The notes under the pieces are model-generated. The model saw only the letters and a list, made by a program, of their open reading frames with translations, had not been told where the DNA came from and did no database searches. The translations under genes were made by a program, and so were the position numbers. DNA of 64,000 bases from Prorocentrum cordatum (Eukaryota). This document shows positions 1-12,137 of this stretch, piece after piece. Each line of letters begins with the position of its first letter. Within the stretch, counting starts at the first letter, position 1. The stretch is from positions 558,001-622,000 of the forward strand of contig CAUYUJ010000325.1 in assembly GCA_963575745.1 (NCBI GenBank), written 5' to 3'.

Positions 1-319
1 TGGGCGCACGGGGCCTCGGCGGCCGCTGCGGCCGAGACTTCGCGCACAGCGATGGCAAGGGAACCATTCACCGCCGAAGCGGCATTGGTCTCCAGCTCGC
101 CTGGCGCGGGGCGGTCTGGCCACCCGTCTGGCGGCCGCGGCTGCTGCAGAGCAAGAGTGGCTGCCAGAGAGCCCATCGCTGCGAAGGTCTCCCAGGGCAT
201 CGCGTGCGCCCCCCCATCTCCCGATCGCGGAGTCAGCTCTACGTAAACGCGGCGTTCTGCGTCTTTGAAAGCTCTCGAAACCCGCCGCGCCACTCGCGGC
301 GCCCAAAGGGCGCTGGGCG

Positions 320-1430
320 AGCAAACGCGACACGAAGGTACCCCGACATCATGGCACCGCGGGCAAGCCCAAAAACTGAAGCACGAACGTGCCCCGACAC
401 TGTGGCACCGCGGGAAGCTGGGGCGCGAACGCGCCCCAGCTTCGGGCCTGCAATAAAACACTGGGGCACGAACGTGCCCCGACGCTGCGGCGCCGCGGGC
501 AGCTGGGGCACGAACGCGCCCCAGCTTCGGGGCTGCAAAAAAAAAACCAGTGCGACCCTACCTAGGAGTTGGAACCCATGGGAAAGCAGCGCTAGTAGTA
601 ACAGTAACGCTAAGCTAAAGCTCAGCTACAGCTAAGCTAAAGCTAAGCTAAAGCTAAGCTAAAGCTATGCTAAAGCTAAGCTAAAGCTAAGCTAAAGCTA
701 AGCTAAAGCTAAGCCACAACTGAGCTGAAGTTAAGCTAAAGCTAAACTAAAGCTAAGCTACAGCTAAGCTAAAGCTGAGCTAAAGCTCAGCTACAGCTAA
801 GCTCAAGCTAAGCTAAAGCTAATATACAGCTAAGCTAAAGCTAAGCTAAAGCTAAGCTAAGGCTAAGCTAAAGCTAAGCTAAAGCTAAGCTAAAGCTAAG
901 CTAAAGCTAAAGCTAAGTTAAAGCTAAGCTAAAGCTAAGCTAAAGCTAAGCTAAAGCTAAGCTAAAGTTCAGCTACAGCTAAGCTCAAGCTAAGCTAAAA
1001 CTATGCTAAAGCTACGCTAAGACTAAGCTAAACGCTAAGCGACAAGCTAAGCGAAACGCTAAGCTAAAGCTAAGGTACAGCTAAGCTAAAGTTAAGCTAA
1101 AGCTAAGCTACAGCTAGAGCTAAAGCTAAAGCTTCCAGGGGACCGGGGGGAACCGCTCCCAGGGGACTGGGGGAACCGCCCGGGGCGTGTTGCACTGCCC
1201 GGCCCCTTTAAGCTAAGAGAGTAAGAACCCTTCTAGGCAGAGCCTAGGTAGGGAAAAATGGGGCACGAACGTGCCCCGACATTGTGGCACCGCAGGTGGC
1301 TGGGGCACGAACGCGCCCCAGCTGTTGGGCTGGAAAAAAACACCGGCGCACAAACGTGTCCCTCGAGGGTGTTCGCGGGCCCGAGCTGCTGGGCTGGAAA
1401 AAGGACTGGGGCACGAACGCGCGCCGGTAG
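320..1430 (+). repeat. Short GC-rich tandem repeat (GGGGCACGAACGTGCCCC core) interrupted by the element at 547-1253
   Basis: The same core recurs at ~381, 420, 463, 505, 1260, 1302 and 1409. Confidence 0.75.
547..1253. mobile_element. Non-autonomous DINE-1/Helentron-like element with (AAGCT/AAAGCT)n core, copy 1
   Basis: Subterminal inverted repeats CCCTACCTAGG (556-566) and CCTAGGTAGGG (1243-1253), hairpin CTAGGC-AGA-GCCTAG, internal microsatellite. Inserted in an A-run without a clear TSD. Near-identical copy at 20037-20577. Confidence 0.7.
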
Positions 1431-2639
1431 GGTGCTCGCGGGATCTGCGGGTCTCTCCGCCCCAAATTTCGACCACAGGGGTGTTCCCGAGACGTTTCAG
1501 AGGAGGCCGAGGGCGGCGCATGATTCGCCGCAAGCACCTTCGAAAGAACGCGACCCGTTTGCACGGCCAAAACAACTGTCCAAGATATGCGGATCCAGGA
1601 CGGCACGGGATCACCGCGTCGGGGGCGTTCAGCACCGCGGAGCCAGCCTCCGCTGACACGGCGGACCTTTCGCCTGGGCGCGGCGCGGCCGCCGAAACGG
1701 CCAGCGCAGGCGCCGAATCCAATTCCGCAGCGGCCGTTCTCGCTGACTTGGGCCGCGCCGCCCGCAGACGCGGGCCACCCGATGCGGCGGCCGCCGAAAC
1801 GGCGCCTCCCGCAGTGGCCTGGTCGTCGGCGAACTCCTCAGTAGACTCCTCTAGCAGATCGCCCGCCTCCGCTTCTCGCCTGCGCTGGTGGGTCGCCGAC
1901 TCACAGCGGACGCCGCGGCGACGAAATAAAGTCAAGGAAAGTCGAATCACTGACCCCGCCCCGCCCCGATGACGCGCTTCGCCCCGCCGGCCTGTTTCTG
2001 GGGGGCCCAGATCCGCAACGTGCACTTCGCCGCAGGTTAAGAACGGCGTTTCCATGGAGTACTGCAGAAAATGCCGCCCATTCTGTTTCAAACTCTCTCG
2101 GGGAAGCGTCCGAAGACGGGACGCGATCCCCCCCCCCCCCCACATGGCCTCGATCGTGGCGCTGTTAGCCCGAAGAAAAGCCAGGCGCCAAGCGGCGACG
2201 CTGGATAGGATAACGGGCTCTTTCAAGGGCATCCCGCGCATGGAGCAGCAAGCAGGCGGGGATGCGAAGCCAGCTAGAAGCAACATTCGTCCTTCTTCTG
2301 ACCTCCACGCGCCCCCCCTTCGAGCTGTCATCGCGAAGGACCAAATAGCCGCCGCCGCAACGGCGGCGAATTCCTCGCGTAACCAGCGAAGAACCTCGGC
2401 CCCGCAATCACCCCCAATTACGTTCCAGCAGTGACGAATGCCGCCGAAGTTGCCCTTTTCGTGGAGGTTGGGTTCCTCCAGGTCGTCAACGGTCTCGGAG
2501 CACCCTTCGCAAGTCGGTCCTGGTAAGGAGGCGCCCCAACAACTGAGTTTCGAAACCCGCGGCCCCCCGCGCACCCGCACGCGAACAAACAATTAGCCTG
2601 GCGAAGAACCCAACCATATGCAGTTGTCAGTACCGCAGC

Positions 2640-4400
2640 TGCGGGTTTCATCTTCAGTGGAACTCCCCATCGGACTACGGAGCGTGTGAAGGGTGTGCCG
2701 AGATGGGTGCCACTGGGGCAATTGGCGAAGCTCCCGATGGGGACATGAAACACGCGCGGGGCGTGCCGACATGGGTGGCGGAAACGCATGTGAGGGCCGC
2801 CACTGGGGCCTCCAGTGGAACCCCCTGTGGGTCCCCGAAACATGATGCTGCTGCGGGGGGGGGGGGCGCATGGGTGGCGGAGACGCATGTAAGCGCCGCT
2901 ACTGGGGCCTTCGGTCGAGCTCCCTACGGGGCCACGAAGCGCGTGAGGGGTCTGCTTGGATGTGTGGCGGGGACGCATGTGAGCGCCGCCACTGGGGCCT
3001 TCGGCGCAGCTCCCTATGGGGCCACGAAACGTGTGAGGGGTGTGCCGAATTGGGCGCGGGTGGCGACGCATGCGGGCGGCGCCACTGGGGCCTTCGGGGC
3101 AACGAAACCTGTCGTTGTGAGTCGCGTGCCGGGATGGGTGGCGGGGGCGCATGTGAGCGCGGCCGCTGGGGCCTTCGGTGGAGCTCCCTATGGGGCCGCG
3201 AAACGTGTGAGGGGTGTGACGAATTGGGTGAGTGTGGGCGACGCATGTGAGCGCCGCCACTGGGGCCTCCGGTGGATGATGGGGCCACGAAACCTGTCCA
3301 GGAGTGTGCCGAAATGGGTGTGCGGGACGCATGCGCATGTGAGCGCCGCCACTGGGGCCTTCGGTGGAGCTCCGTATGGGGCCACGAAACGTGCGAGGGG
3401 TGTGACGAATTGGGTGTGGGTGACGCGTGCAGGCGGCAGCAGTGGGGCCTTCGGTGGGGCTCCCTATGGGGCCACGAAACGTGTGAGGGGTGTGCCGAAT
3501 TGGGTGTGCGGGACGCATGCGGGCGGCAGCGCTGGGGCCTTCTGCGGGGCTCCCTATGGGGCCACGAAACGTGTAAGGGGTGCGCTGAATTGTGCGTGCG
3601 GGACGCATGCGGGCGGCAGCACTGGGGCCTTCGGTGGGGCCCCCTATGGGGCCACGAAGCGTGTGAGGGGTGTGCCGAATTAGGTGTGCGGGACGCATGC
3701 GGGCGGCAGCACTGGGGCCTTCGGCGGGGCTCCTTATGGGGCCACGAAGTGTGAGGGGTGTGCCGAATAGGGTGTGCAGGGCTCATGCGGGCGGCAGCGC
3801 TGCGGCTTTCGGTGGGGCCCCCTATGGGGCCACGAAGCGTGTGAAGGGTGTGCCGAGTTGGGTGTGCGGGACGCATGCGGGCGGCAGCGCCGGGGCCTTC
3901 GGCGGGGCTTCCTATGGGGCCACGAAGCGTGTGAGGGGTGTGCCGAATTGGGTGTGCGGGACGCATGCGGGCGGCAGCACTGGGGCCTTCGGCGGGGCTC
4001 CCTATGGGGCCACGAAACGTGTGAGGGGTGTGCCGAATTGAATGTGCGGGGCGCATGCGGGCGGCAGCATTGGGGCCTTCTGCGGGGCTCCCTATGGGGC
4101 CACGAAGCGTGTGAGGGGTGTGCTGAATTGGGTGTGCGGGGCGCATGCGGGCGGCAGCGCCGGGGCCTTCGGTGGGGCTCCCTATGGGGCCACGAAACGT
4201 GTGAAGGGGTGTGCCGAAGTGGGTGTGCGGGACGCGTGCGGGCGGCAGCACTGGCGCCTTCGGCGGGGCCCCCTACGGGGCCACGAAACGTGTGAGGGGT
4301 GTGCCGAATTGGGTGTGCGGGACGCATGCGGGCGGCAGCACTGGGGCCTTCGGCGGAGCCCCCTATGGGGCAACGAAACGTGCGAGGGGCGCGCCGAAGT
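2640..4400 (+). repeat. ~90-bp minisatellite array (about 19 units)
   Basis: Unit GGGCCACGAAACGTGTGAGGGGTGTGCCGAATTGGGTGTGCGGGACGCATGCGGGCGGCAGCACTGGGGCCTTCGGTGGGGCTCCCTATG, with period 90 (e.g. 3469, 3559). Confidence 0.95.
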
Positions 4401-7400
4401 GGGCGCGGCCGACGCGGAAGGGGAAGGGGGGGGGGGGGGCAGAGGAGGATGAGGAACGCGGGGCGCTGTCTCTTCAAAACGAGGACCCGACGCAACAGGA
4501 TGGCTGGGAAAAAACACAACCACCCCCAAAAAAGCCAGACGAGAAGCTACCTGATCCAATGGGTTCTCTGCTTCGTGGCGTTTCGCATCCCCGGGGTCCA
4601 CGCGCAACCGGCCTGCCGGCTCGCGCCGTGAGCCCGACGAGAGCCACTCGGGTGGGAACGCAAAAACTGCTTGAAGACCTGCTCCACTGAGGGCCGCTTC
4701 TGGCAACCCCAGCCCAAGAAGGAATTCGCCAACTGGACGCCAAGAGCCCCCAAACTCAACCGCAATTGCGCAGGATCACAGTCCGACGCCGCGGGGTCGA
4801 GCGGGGCAACGGGCGACCGATATTTCGGCCAACGAACTCTTGTGCCTGCAGGCGGCTCGCCGAGACGAGCGCGCAGCACAGCGCCGAATACGTCCTCCAG
4901 GGGGTGCTTCTCTGAGAGCAAGCCCCCCCGAGCCAGGGGCTGCGACGCCATGTCCAGCATGACCGCCCCAAAAGCGAACGCGCCCACTCCTGCCCCGAAC
5001 CCCGCGCCCCCGTAGAGCAACTCGGGGGCGCGATGCCCAGCGGCAAAGATCCGCAGCCCTCCAGCGCGGTCGCGTCGATCGCCCATCCAACGTTTCTCGT
5101 GGGAACCCACCTCGCGAGGAATGTTGCAGACGCCAGAACTAATTATGAATCGACCCCCGATTGCGACGTTCACCCCCATGGCCTAAAAGCTGAAACCAAA
5201 ACATCCTGGATGGTGGAGGATTGCCCAAAGCGAGCCCGAACCCATCTCGACGTGATTACTTGGTTTTCGAAAGCTTCTGCGTGCGAGGCCCCCGCTTTGA
5301 GTCCGCAGCGCCGCGGGCCCCTTCTCTTAGTCCGGAGATCCTCGCGGCACCAGACCTCCTGTTTCTTCCTGCCCTTCTTATTCCTGCTCCAGCTTTGCCA
5401 CCTCCTCACCCTCCTACTCCCTCCTCGTTCCCCCCCCCGCTTCCCTCTGCTTCACCTTCTTCCTCCTACCGCACCTTCGAACGCAGAGGCGGCGCATAAT
5501 CGCACGACCAGTCCACAAAAATCGGCCCCCCCACCGCGCGCGCCTCCAGGGCGCTACCAAAGTCAGACAACCGCACGTCCAAGAATGACGCGCGGCGCGG
5601 GACGACGACGAGGCCCGCCGAAACGGACGTCGCCGAGACGACTGGCGCCGAAACTGGGGCACGAAGTCGAACAAACATATTATTAGACTTCACGTCCCCA
5701 TGCATCAGCCCCTTCCTATGAAGGCCCCGTAACGCCGCTGCAACCTGCACCACAACTTCGCGCGCGCTGGCCGCCCGTCCGCCGCGCCCGCGAAAGGGCG
5801 ACCAGGTGGAGACGGTCTCGCGGCGTTACTGGCCCGAAAACCGCATGTGCTGGAAGGCCCCTTCGGAGCCCGAGTTGGGCGCTCGCTTCGGCTGCGAGGC
5901 TGCGAGTCGACTAGCCCGAACGCGCAATGCAAAGGAAACGGGGAATGCCTCTGCTGGCCATAGAGGGAAAAACACCGAAAATGTAAAACGGAGGCGCCCC
6001 TGGCACAGCCAGTCGTCCATCGGGCGCGCCGCGGCCCCAGTTAACGCATGAAGGCCCGTGCCTGCGCGCCCCAGCACCAGACCGACCCGCTCGCGTCGAT
6101 CAGCAAACACGCCCAGCAACTGCGCCGCGCGAGGGCGGGCGTGGAATGCGTCGCGCACAGCAGCCTCGCGCAGAAATTGGAGCAAGCACGGGCGGCCCTC
6201 GAGGTCGCCTCGACGCAGGCGCTTGACAACCAGCCCGAACCCCGCCTGGGCCGCCGAAGCGGCCAGCACCTCGCTGGCCGCCGAAACGGCCTGAGGCCCC
6301 CTCGCCGAAGCAGCGCCCCCCGCCGCTGCTGCCGCCATCTCTCCCGACGCCTCAGCGACCGCGAAAAGCACGCCGTCTGTTCCTGCGGGGCGCCTCAACA
6401 ACCAACGAAAACAACGCGTCGACGGGGCCCTCTCGCAATCCGCGTCGCTTGCGCTCGGACCGCGGCGCGGGAGACGCCAGCAAGGGAGACGCCTAATTCA
6501 CAAGGCATAACAAATTCCGCAGACCAGCAAACCGCCTCGGAACCTCCTGCGGCGCGAACGCCCACCCCCGTTCGGTGGTCCGCCGCGCCCCGGGCCCCCC
6601 TTCCGTGGCCGGCGAACCTCTCCCGTGGACCGACCCTCACGCACCCTTGCTATCCAGCGCGCGCGCGCGCCCCCGCAACCCCCGACCGCGCATCCCCCCT
6701 CGAGACCTGGACCCCGGCCGGCGCCTGAGCCCCACAGGGGCCCCCGCGGTCGGCGAGCGGTCAGTTCGCGACATTCTCGTCGCCCCCATCGCGCGCCCTT
6801 CGAAGCCCCGTCGCAAGCGACCGTTCGTTGGCCTTCCGCCGCCCCCTTCGACGGCCGTCGGTCTCGAAAGGCAGTCGCCCCTCTTTCGCCCCAACATCGA
6901 TGAGACTAGGCATGGGAGCGCGCGTTTTAAGTCGTCGCCGAAAGCACTCCCCCAACAACTCGCCCAAGGGGTAGACGGCGCGCCGCGACAACGCCGCGAA
7001 CCCGCCACTCAAGACCAAGCCGCGCACCCGCCGCGCAGCAACGCTGGCCGCCGAAGCGGCCAACGCCATCTCCTCACCAGGAGCGCCGTCTCAAGCGCCG
7101 GGCGCAACGCCGAGCGCCGCCGAAACGACGGGCATCGCGCCTGCAGGGCTGTAATCGGCCGGATGGCCGACCACCTGCCAACGGTTCCAATGCGGAGTGT
7201 CCCGCAAGTACTCCTCGAGCAGGCGGCTGAAGGCGAGCCGAGCTGACGCCACGCTTGCTGCATTGAGCCACCTGACACACACACACACACACTGCGGACA
7301 GAATCATCCCATTGGGCCGAAGCCCAATTGGCCGTTCTGTTCGTCAATATACGGTCTGACGTGAACGCCCTTCTGAGCGCCTTCCACACGTGCAAGTTTT

Positions 7401-9786
7401 CGCTTCGAACGTGCACGAGTGGAAAAACGCCCGATGCGAGGGCATTGCCGACGCAACGGCAGCCGCCACAACGGCGCGAGACGCGGGCCGCCCGCCGCCC
7501 AAACGGCGAGGAACCCACGCACGGCCCCGCCGCCCCGCAGCGCGAGCTCGGAACCGACACGGCTGCAATATATATGCGCAGTGTCGTTGCATGGGCAACG
7601 ACCGTGCTCCACCCCCGCAAAGTGTCGTCGTCCCTCGTCTGCCTCCTCCTCCCCTTCCTCTTTCTCCTCCTCCTCCTCCTCTTCCTCCTCCCCTTCCTCC
7701 TGGCCCACCTCCTCTTTATCCGACATGTCCTGATCCCCCTCCTCCTGGGCCGCCCTCCCCATCCTCCTCCTCCTCCTGCTTCTGCCCCTGCTCTCGGGGA
7801 ACAGGGACACGCTCGCGCCCCATCAGCTGCGAGTGCTGCTCCTCGCCGTCCTACGGCGCCTCCTCATCGTTTCCTCTCCACATGTCGATGTTCCGCTCTG
7901 CCTGCTGCCAGTGTCCTCTCCTCCTCCTTCTCGTCCTCCTCCTCATGTCCCTCCTCCTGCTCCTGCTCCTACTACAGCTACTATTACTCCGACTCCCCCA
8001 TCTCATCCCCGCCTTCTTCCCGCAACGGCGTTTTGGCCACCCACGGAGATACAGCAGGGGAAACGATGCGGGTTTAGTCGATGCTACGCGAGACTGCACG
8101 AAAGATTACCAAGCGTTCGCTTTGGGACTCCGCCAGTTCCACTATGCGCTCATGATCCTCCTGATGAGACGCATCCCTTTCGCTTGTCATCCTGACTCCT
8201 TACCCATATCCTTCGTATAGTCATCACATCGATGTTCATCCTACTCATCCCCTCTCTCTACACCTTCATCTTCATAATCAGCATGAGCGTCGTCATTGCT
8301 ATCATCGTCGTCACCAACATCGTCGCCTCCGCACTCATCATCATGATGGGCAGAATCCTCCTGTTCCTCCTCCTTACTATCATACTCGTCGTTGCCACAA
8401 TCATCCTCATCATCATTGTCGCCATCATCCTCATCATCATCACCACCACCACCACCACCGTCGTCGTCGTCACCATCCTCGTCGCCGCCCTGTCATCTCC
8501 GAATCCTGGGCCGATCCTAGGCGGCACATGACATGCCTGGCCATGCAGCAGAGGCCTAAAGGGAGGAAAGGAGCCGCCGCGGGCGGGGAAAAACGGAAGA
8601 GGAGGGAGGGAGGGAGGGAGGGAGGGAGGGGAGGGAGGGAGGGGAGGGAGCGAATGGGGGAGGGAAGGAGGAAGAGGAGGAGGAGGAGGAGGAGGAGGAT
8701 GAGGATGATGACAAGCCCTGAGGTCAGGGTTCGGCCGCCTGGCCCGCCTCCTCAGATGAGGAGCAAGTACTGGCCGAAGGGGCTCACGTCCTCCGCGCCT
8801 GCCGCCCGCAGCCGACCTGCGCGACGAGCTTCTTGAACTCGGCTGCCCTGGCCTCCGCGCACGCCCTCGACTCCACGGAGTCGGCGCTGGCTCGAGCCGC
8901 CCGCGGCGACGCACCAGCAGCAGCAGCCTCGGCGTCGTGCTCGAGGTCGCCCAGCGGGGCACGGCGGCCGCCGTCCAGCGCGGCCACGCGGTCGACGAAG
9001 GCGCCGCCGTGTCCACGTGAACGCTCGGTGCGGCCCGAGGATCCCAGGGCCCTGGCCAATCGCCGAGGGCTGGGACTCTTTCCCAGGCATGCCCGTGGCG
9101 CTGAGGGGGGTACGTGGCAGTCGGCCTTCGCACCGCCCCCTCTGCGGCCGCCTCGGCGCCGCGCCCGCTGCCCTCGAGCGCGGCCGAGGCACTGGCGCCG
9201 TCGCGCTCGCCCAGGCTGGGGGCGGCCGCGCCTGGGGCCTGCTGCTCTCGCGCGCCAGCCGCCGCCAGGAGACGGGCGACGCGCTCGGCGAAGCCCAGCG
9301 AGCCCAGCGCCGTCGCGGCGTTGCCGTCCAGCGCGTCCGAGGCGCCGCCGGCCGCAGCCGAGCCGCTCGCCGCCCCCGCAGCAGCCGCCTCGGCGTCGTG
9401 CTCGGTGTCGCCCAGCGCGCCCTCGAGGTCGACGTCCAGCGCGTGCGAGCCGTCGACGCCCGCCATAAGGCCGCCCGCCGCAGGAGGAGGAGGAGGAGTG
9501 GGGGGGGGGGAGGGAGGGAGGGAGGGAGGGAGGGAGGGAGGGAGGAAGAGGAGGGGGGAGGGAGGAGGAGGAGTAGCAGGAGGAGGAGGAGGAGGAGAAA
9601 CAGAGCAGTCGGCGTTGCGGGCGGCGCCGTCGGACGGCCCCCTGCGGCAGCAGCGGCCGCGTGCGGCACCCGCGCCAGTCGGCGCTCGTCTGGCCTGCAC
9701 TGCGACTGCCCTAGGCATCGCCCGAATGCACGGGAGGCCGCTGAGGAGACGACGGCCCGAAGGGTGTCATCGTCGTCGCTTTCAAC

Positions 9787-10234
9787 GTCGGTGGTCCAAA
9801 GATGGGGTCCTGAGGGATGGGGACAGGAAGGGATCGTGAGCGTCTTTCTATTCGGCGTTTCGACATTGGGCGGAAGGGGGGGAGGGGGGGGTCTGGCTCT
9901 GGACCTCTGCTTAGTGCGACTGTTTGCAGCAGTGCGTCCCACGGGGGAGGGACTCCACCTGCTCGAAACAGGCGCCAAAAGCAGCCAAGATCTACTCCTT
10001 GGGGAGGGGGAGAGGGGGGGGGGATGCGAGGGCCCGCGCCGACCGGCAAAACAGTGAATAAAGAAACGATCACAAGGGGTCCAAGGGTGGATTTACGTTG
10101 TTTCAGGCACCTCGTCCTGAGGAGGAGGAGGAGGAGGAGGAGGAGGAGGAGGAGGAGGCGTGAGATGAGGAGGTGCAGGAGGACGAGGAGGAGGAGGAGG
10201 AGGGGCCTCAGGACCCCATCTTTGGACCGCCGAC
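9787..10234. mobile_element. TIR element (~29-bp TIRs) containing a dispersed ~230-bp repeat and a (GGA)n tract
   Basis: GTCGGTGGTCCAAAGATGGGGTCCTGAGG (9787-9815) versus CCTCAGGACCCCATCTTTGGACCGCCGAC (10206-10234). Internal segment 9836-10070 recurs at ~19280-19500. Confidence 0.7.
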
Positions 10235-10451
10235 AGCGGCTTCGGGCGCCTCTGGAGGCCCTCGTCGCCACGGGAGGCCGCGGCCCGAGGAGCTGGCCAG
10301 GACGGGCCCTTGGAGGGGCTGCGCGCGCCGGCTGTTGAGCCGGTGTCGGTCGGACTACGTCGACGACCGAGGTACGACCGAGGTTCGGATGCGGTAGCGG
10401 CTGCAGAATTGCTTTGCCTCAAAGGCGTTCTGTTCGTCGAATCTACCATTA

Positions 10452-10600
10452 GGTCGGGCATATCCCCCTACAGGCGGATCTTGGGCGAAGAATAAAGCAT
10501 ACTCACCCCCCCCCAGATGGTCGAAAATAATCACATAATCAACCCCATACTGTTTTTTACTAATTGTGACTACTCCTCCTGTAGAGGGACGCGCCCGACT
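10452..10600. mobile_element. MITE with ~23-bp imperfect TIRs and TA flanks (Tc1/mariner-like target)
   Basis: TA|GGTCGGGCATATCCCCCTACAGG ... CCTGTAGAGGGACGCGCCCGACT|TA with an AT-rich interior. Relatives at 57387-57541 and a lone left TIR at 19979. Confidence 0.8.
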
Positions 10601-10900
10601 TAACTCTACCAAAAGAGAAAAGCTTTGAACTTCTGCAGGTTCGACAACCATTCGACGTGTTCTTCATACAACTCTGGAGTAAAGTCAATTATGTAAATAA
10701 TCCCCCTACTCGAGAGGTCGTCTCCCACGAGACTCCGACGGTGGAGCGCCCGAGGAGCCCCTTGGGGCTCCAGGCCAAGCGCCGGGGGGCTACGAACGGT
10801 TGGCGGCGAGCACGAGGCGGGCTAGCGCGAGGAGGGAGGGTTCCTCCTAGAAGGTGGGGGACTTCTCAGAAAGCAGGGGGCATTCCTGGAAGGCTTCTTG

Positions 10901-11058
10901 TGAAGGGGCCCAGGAACACACGAAAAAACAGACACAGATCCCAGGGTTCTCCACATGTTCCATGTATTCTAGATGGTCGTCTCCCCCTCCACTTCCCATA
11001 TCTTCCACATTTCCGGGGCATCGACGATCATGTGTCTCTGTGTGCCTTTCCCTCCTGA
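10901..11058. mobile_element. ~158-bp interspersed element (TGA-flanked family), copy 1
   Basis: TGAAGGGGCCC...ATCGACGAT...TGTGTCT...CCCTCCTGA, homologous to 19643-19804 and 56659-56822. Confidence 0.75.
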
Positions 11059-12137
11059 TCTTGGAAGCTGGGGAGGGCTTCTGAGAAGCCCCCTGCCTTC
11101 GTAGAAGCCCGCCATCTTCTGACAAGGCCGACCCCCCCTTTGGACGCCCAGAACGGATACGGAAAAAATGGGCACAATGCCCAACAACACATGTTGTCCA
11201 AAACAGACAGCGGTCATTGTTGGGCAGGCGGCTCCTCGTCTTCAGTGAACAACGTCCGCGGCGGCGCGGACAGCGAGTCCGGCTCAAGATGAACAGAAAA
11301 TGCTGTTGGGCATCGTACCCCACCTTGCCGTACCAATTCTCGATCGTCTCTATGACAAGGCCGACCCCCCCGCGCCAACGCCCCGGGCCCGCAGAGCGGG
11401 AGCCGGCGGCACGCCCGACAACGGGCGGGCCGGCAAGCCGGACCGCAGTCAGCGGCGAGCGGAGGGGGAAGCCTCTTCCCCCTCCTCCTCCCCCTCCTCC
11501 CCCTCCTCCTCCTCCTCCTCATCCTCCTACTCCTACTCCTCTCCCTCCTCCTCCTCCTGCTCCTCCTCGTCCTCCTCGTCCTCCTCCTCTCCTCCTCCTC
11601 CTCCTCCTCCTCCTCCTCCTACTTCTCTTCCTCTTCCTCTTCCTCCTCCTCCTCCTCCTTCTCTTCCTCTTCCTCTTCCTCCTCCTCCTCCTCCTGCTCC
11701 TCATCATCATCCTTCTCCTCCACGTCGGGAAGCGAGAAGGGGCGGGCCTTCCCAGAAGGCTCGGAAGTTCCCCGGCCTTCTGAGTTTTCTGAGACTTCCC
11801 CGACAGCACAGAGAACTTCTCAGGAGGCGCAAGGGCTTCCAAGAGGCCCCGCCGCCTTCTGGGAAGGCCTTCTCCTTCTCACTGCCCCCCCTCGCTCGCC
11901 GCCGAACATGCTGACCCGACCCCTGCAGGTCAGAGTTCTAAGATCCTGGCTGCAGTGCGTAATTCCCAGGAGGTCTGCAGCCGAAAAAACGCCAGCGAAG
12001 GTGTCCAATACCCAACGACGGTTGGACCCGCAGAGGCAGGGATGGTAAAGGCCTGCAAATCGGGGCTCCAACCCAATCCACACAGGACGAACTTGTCGCC
12101 CCTCCAGCGGAAGTCCCCAAACACTGCTGGCGCCGGA

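Larger units (their letters stand above)
100..6400 (-). pseudogene. Decayed Ser/Thr protein kinase gene with C-terminal extension, fragmented by repeat insertions
   Basis: Kinase motifs occur in order on the minus strand: VVKRL...FLREAA (~6230), QVAAALRGLHRKGLMHGDVKSNN (~5680-5750), VRLSDFG (~5560), HRAPELLYG (~5020), KRPSVEQV (~4690). They are split across frames and interrupted by repeats. Coding-like sequence continues at 1450-2580 and possibly 100-260. Confidence 0.75.

Noticed and set aside
2418..4519. Long overlapping ORFs and a CRISPR-like periodicity
   Set aside because: This is a 90-bp tandem satellite with no unique spacers and no cas genes. The ORFs exist because the unit is a multiple of 3 and GC-rich.
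8232..8531. Hydrophobic 99-aa membrane-protein-like ORF
   Set aside because: Derived from (CAT/CGT/CAC)n low-complexity sequence.
8750..10800. Ala-rich minus-strand coding-like fragments
   Set aside because: Possibly decayed coding sequence, but with no recognisable motif and no supportable gene model.
11270..11295. GGCTCAAG as a dinoflagellate spliced-leader relic
   Set aside because: It lacks the preceding CCATTTT, is too short, and lies inside a dispersed repeat.
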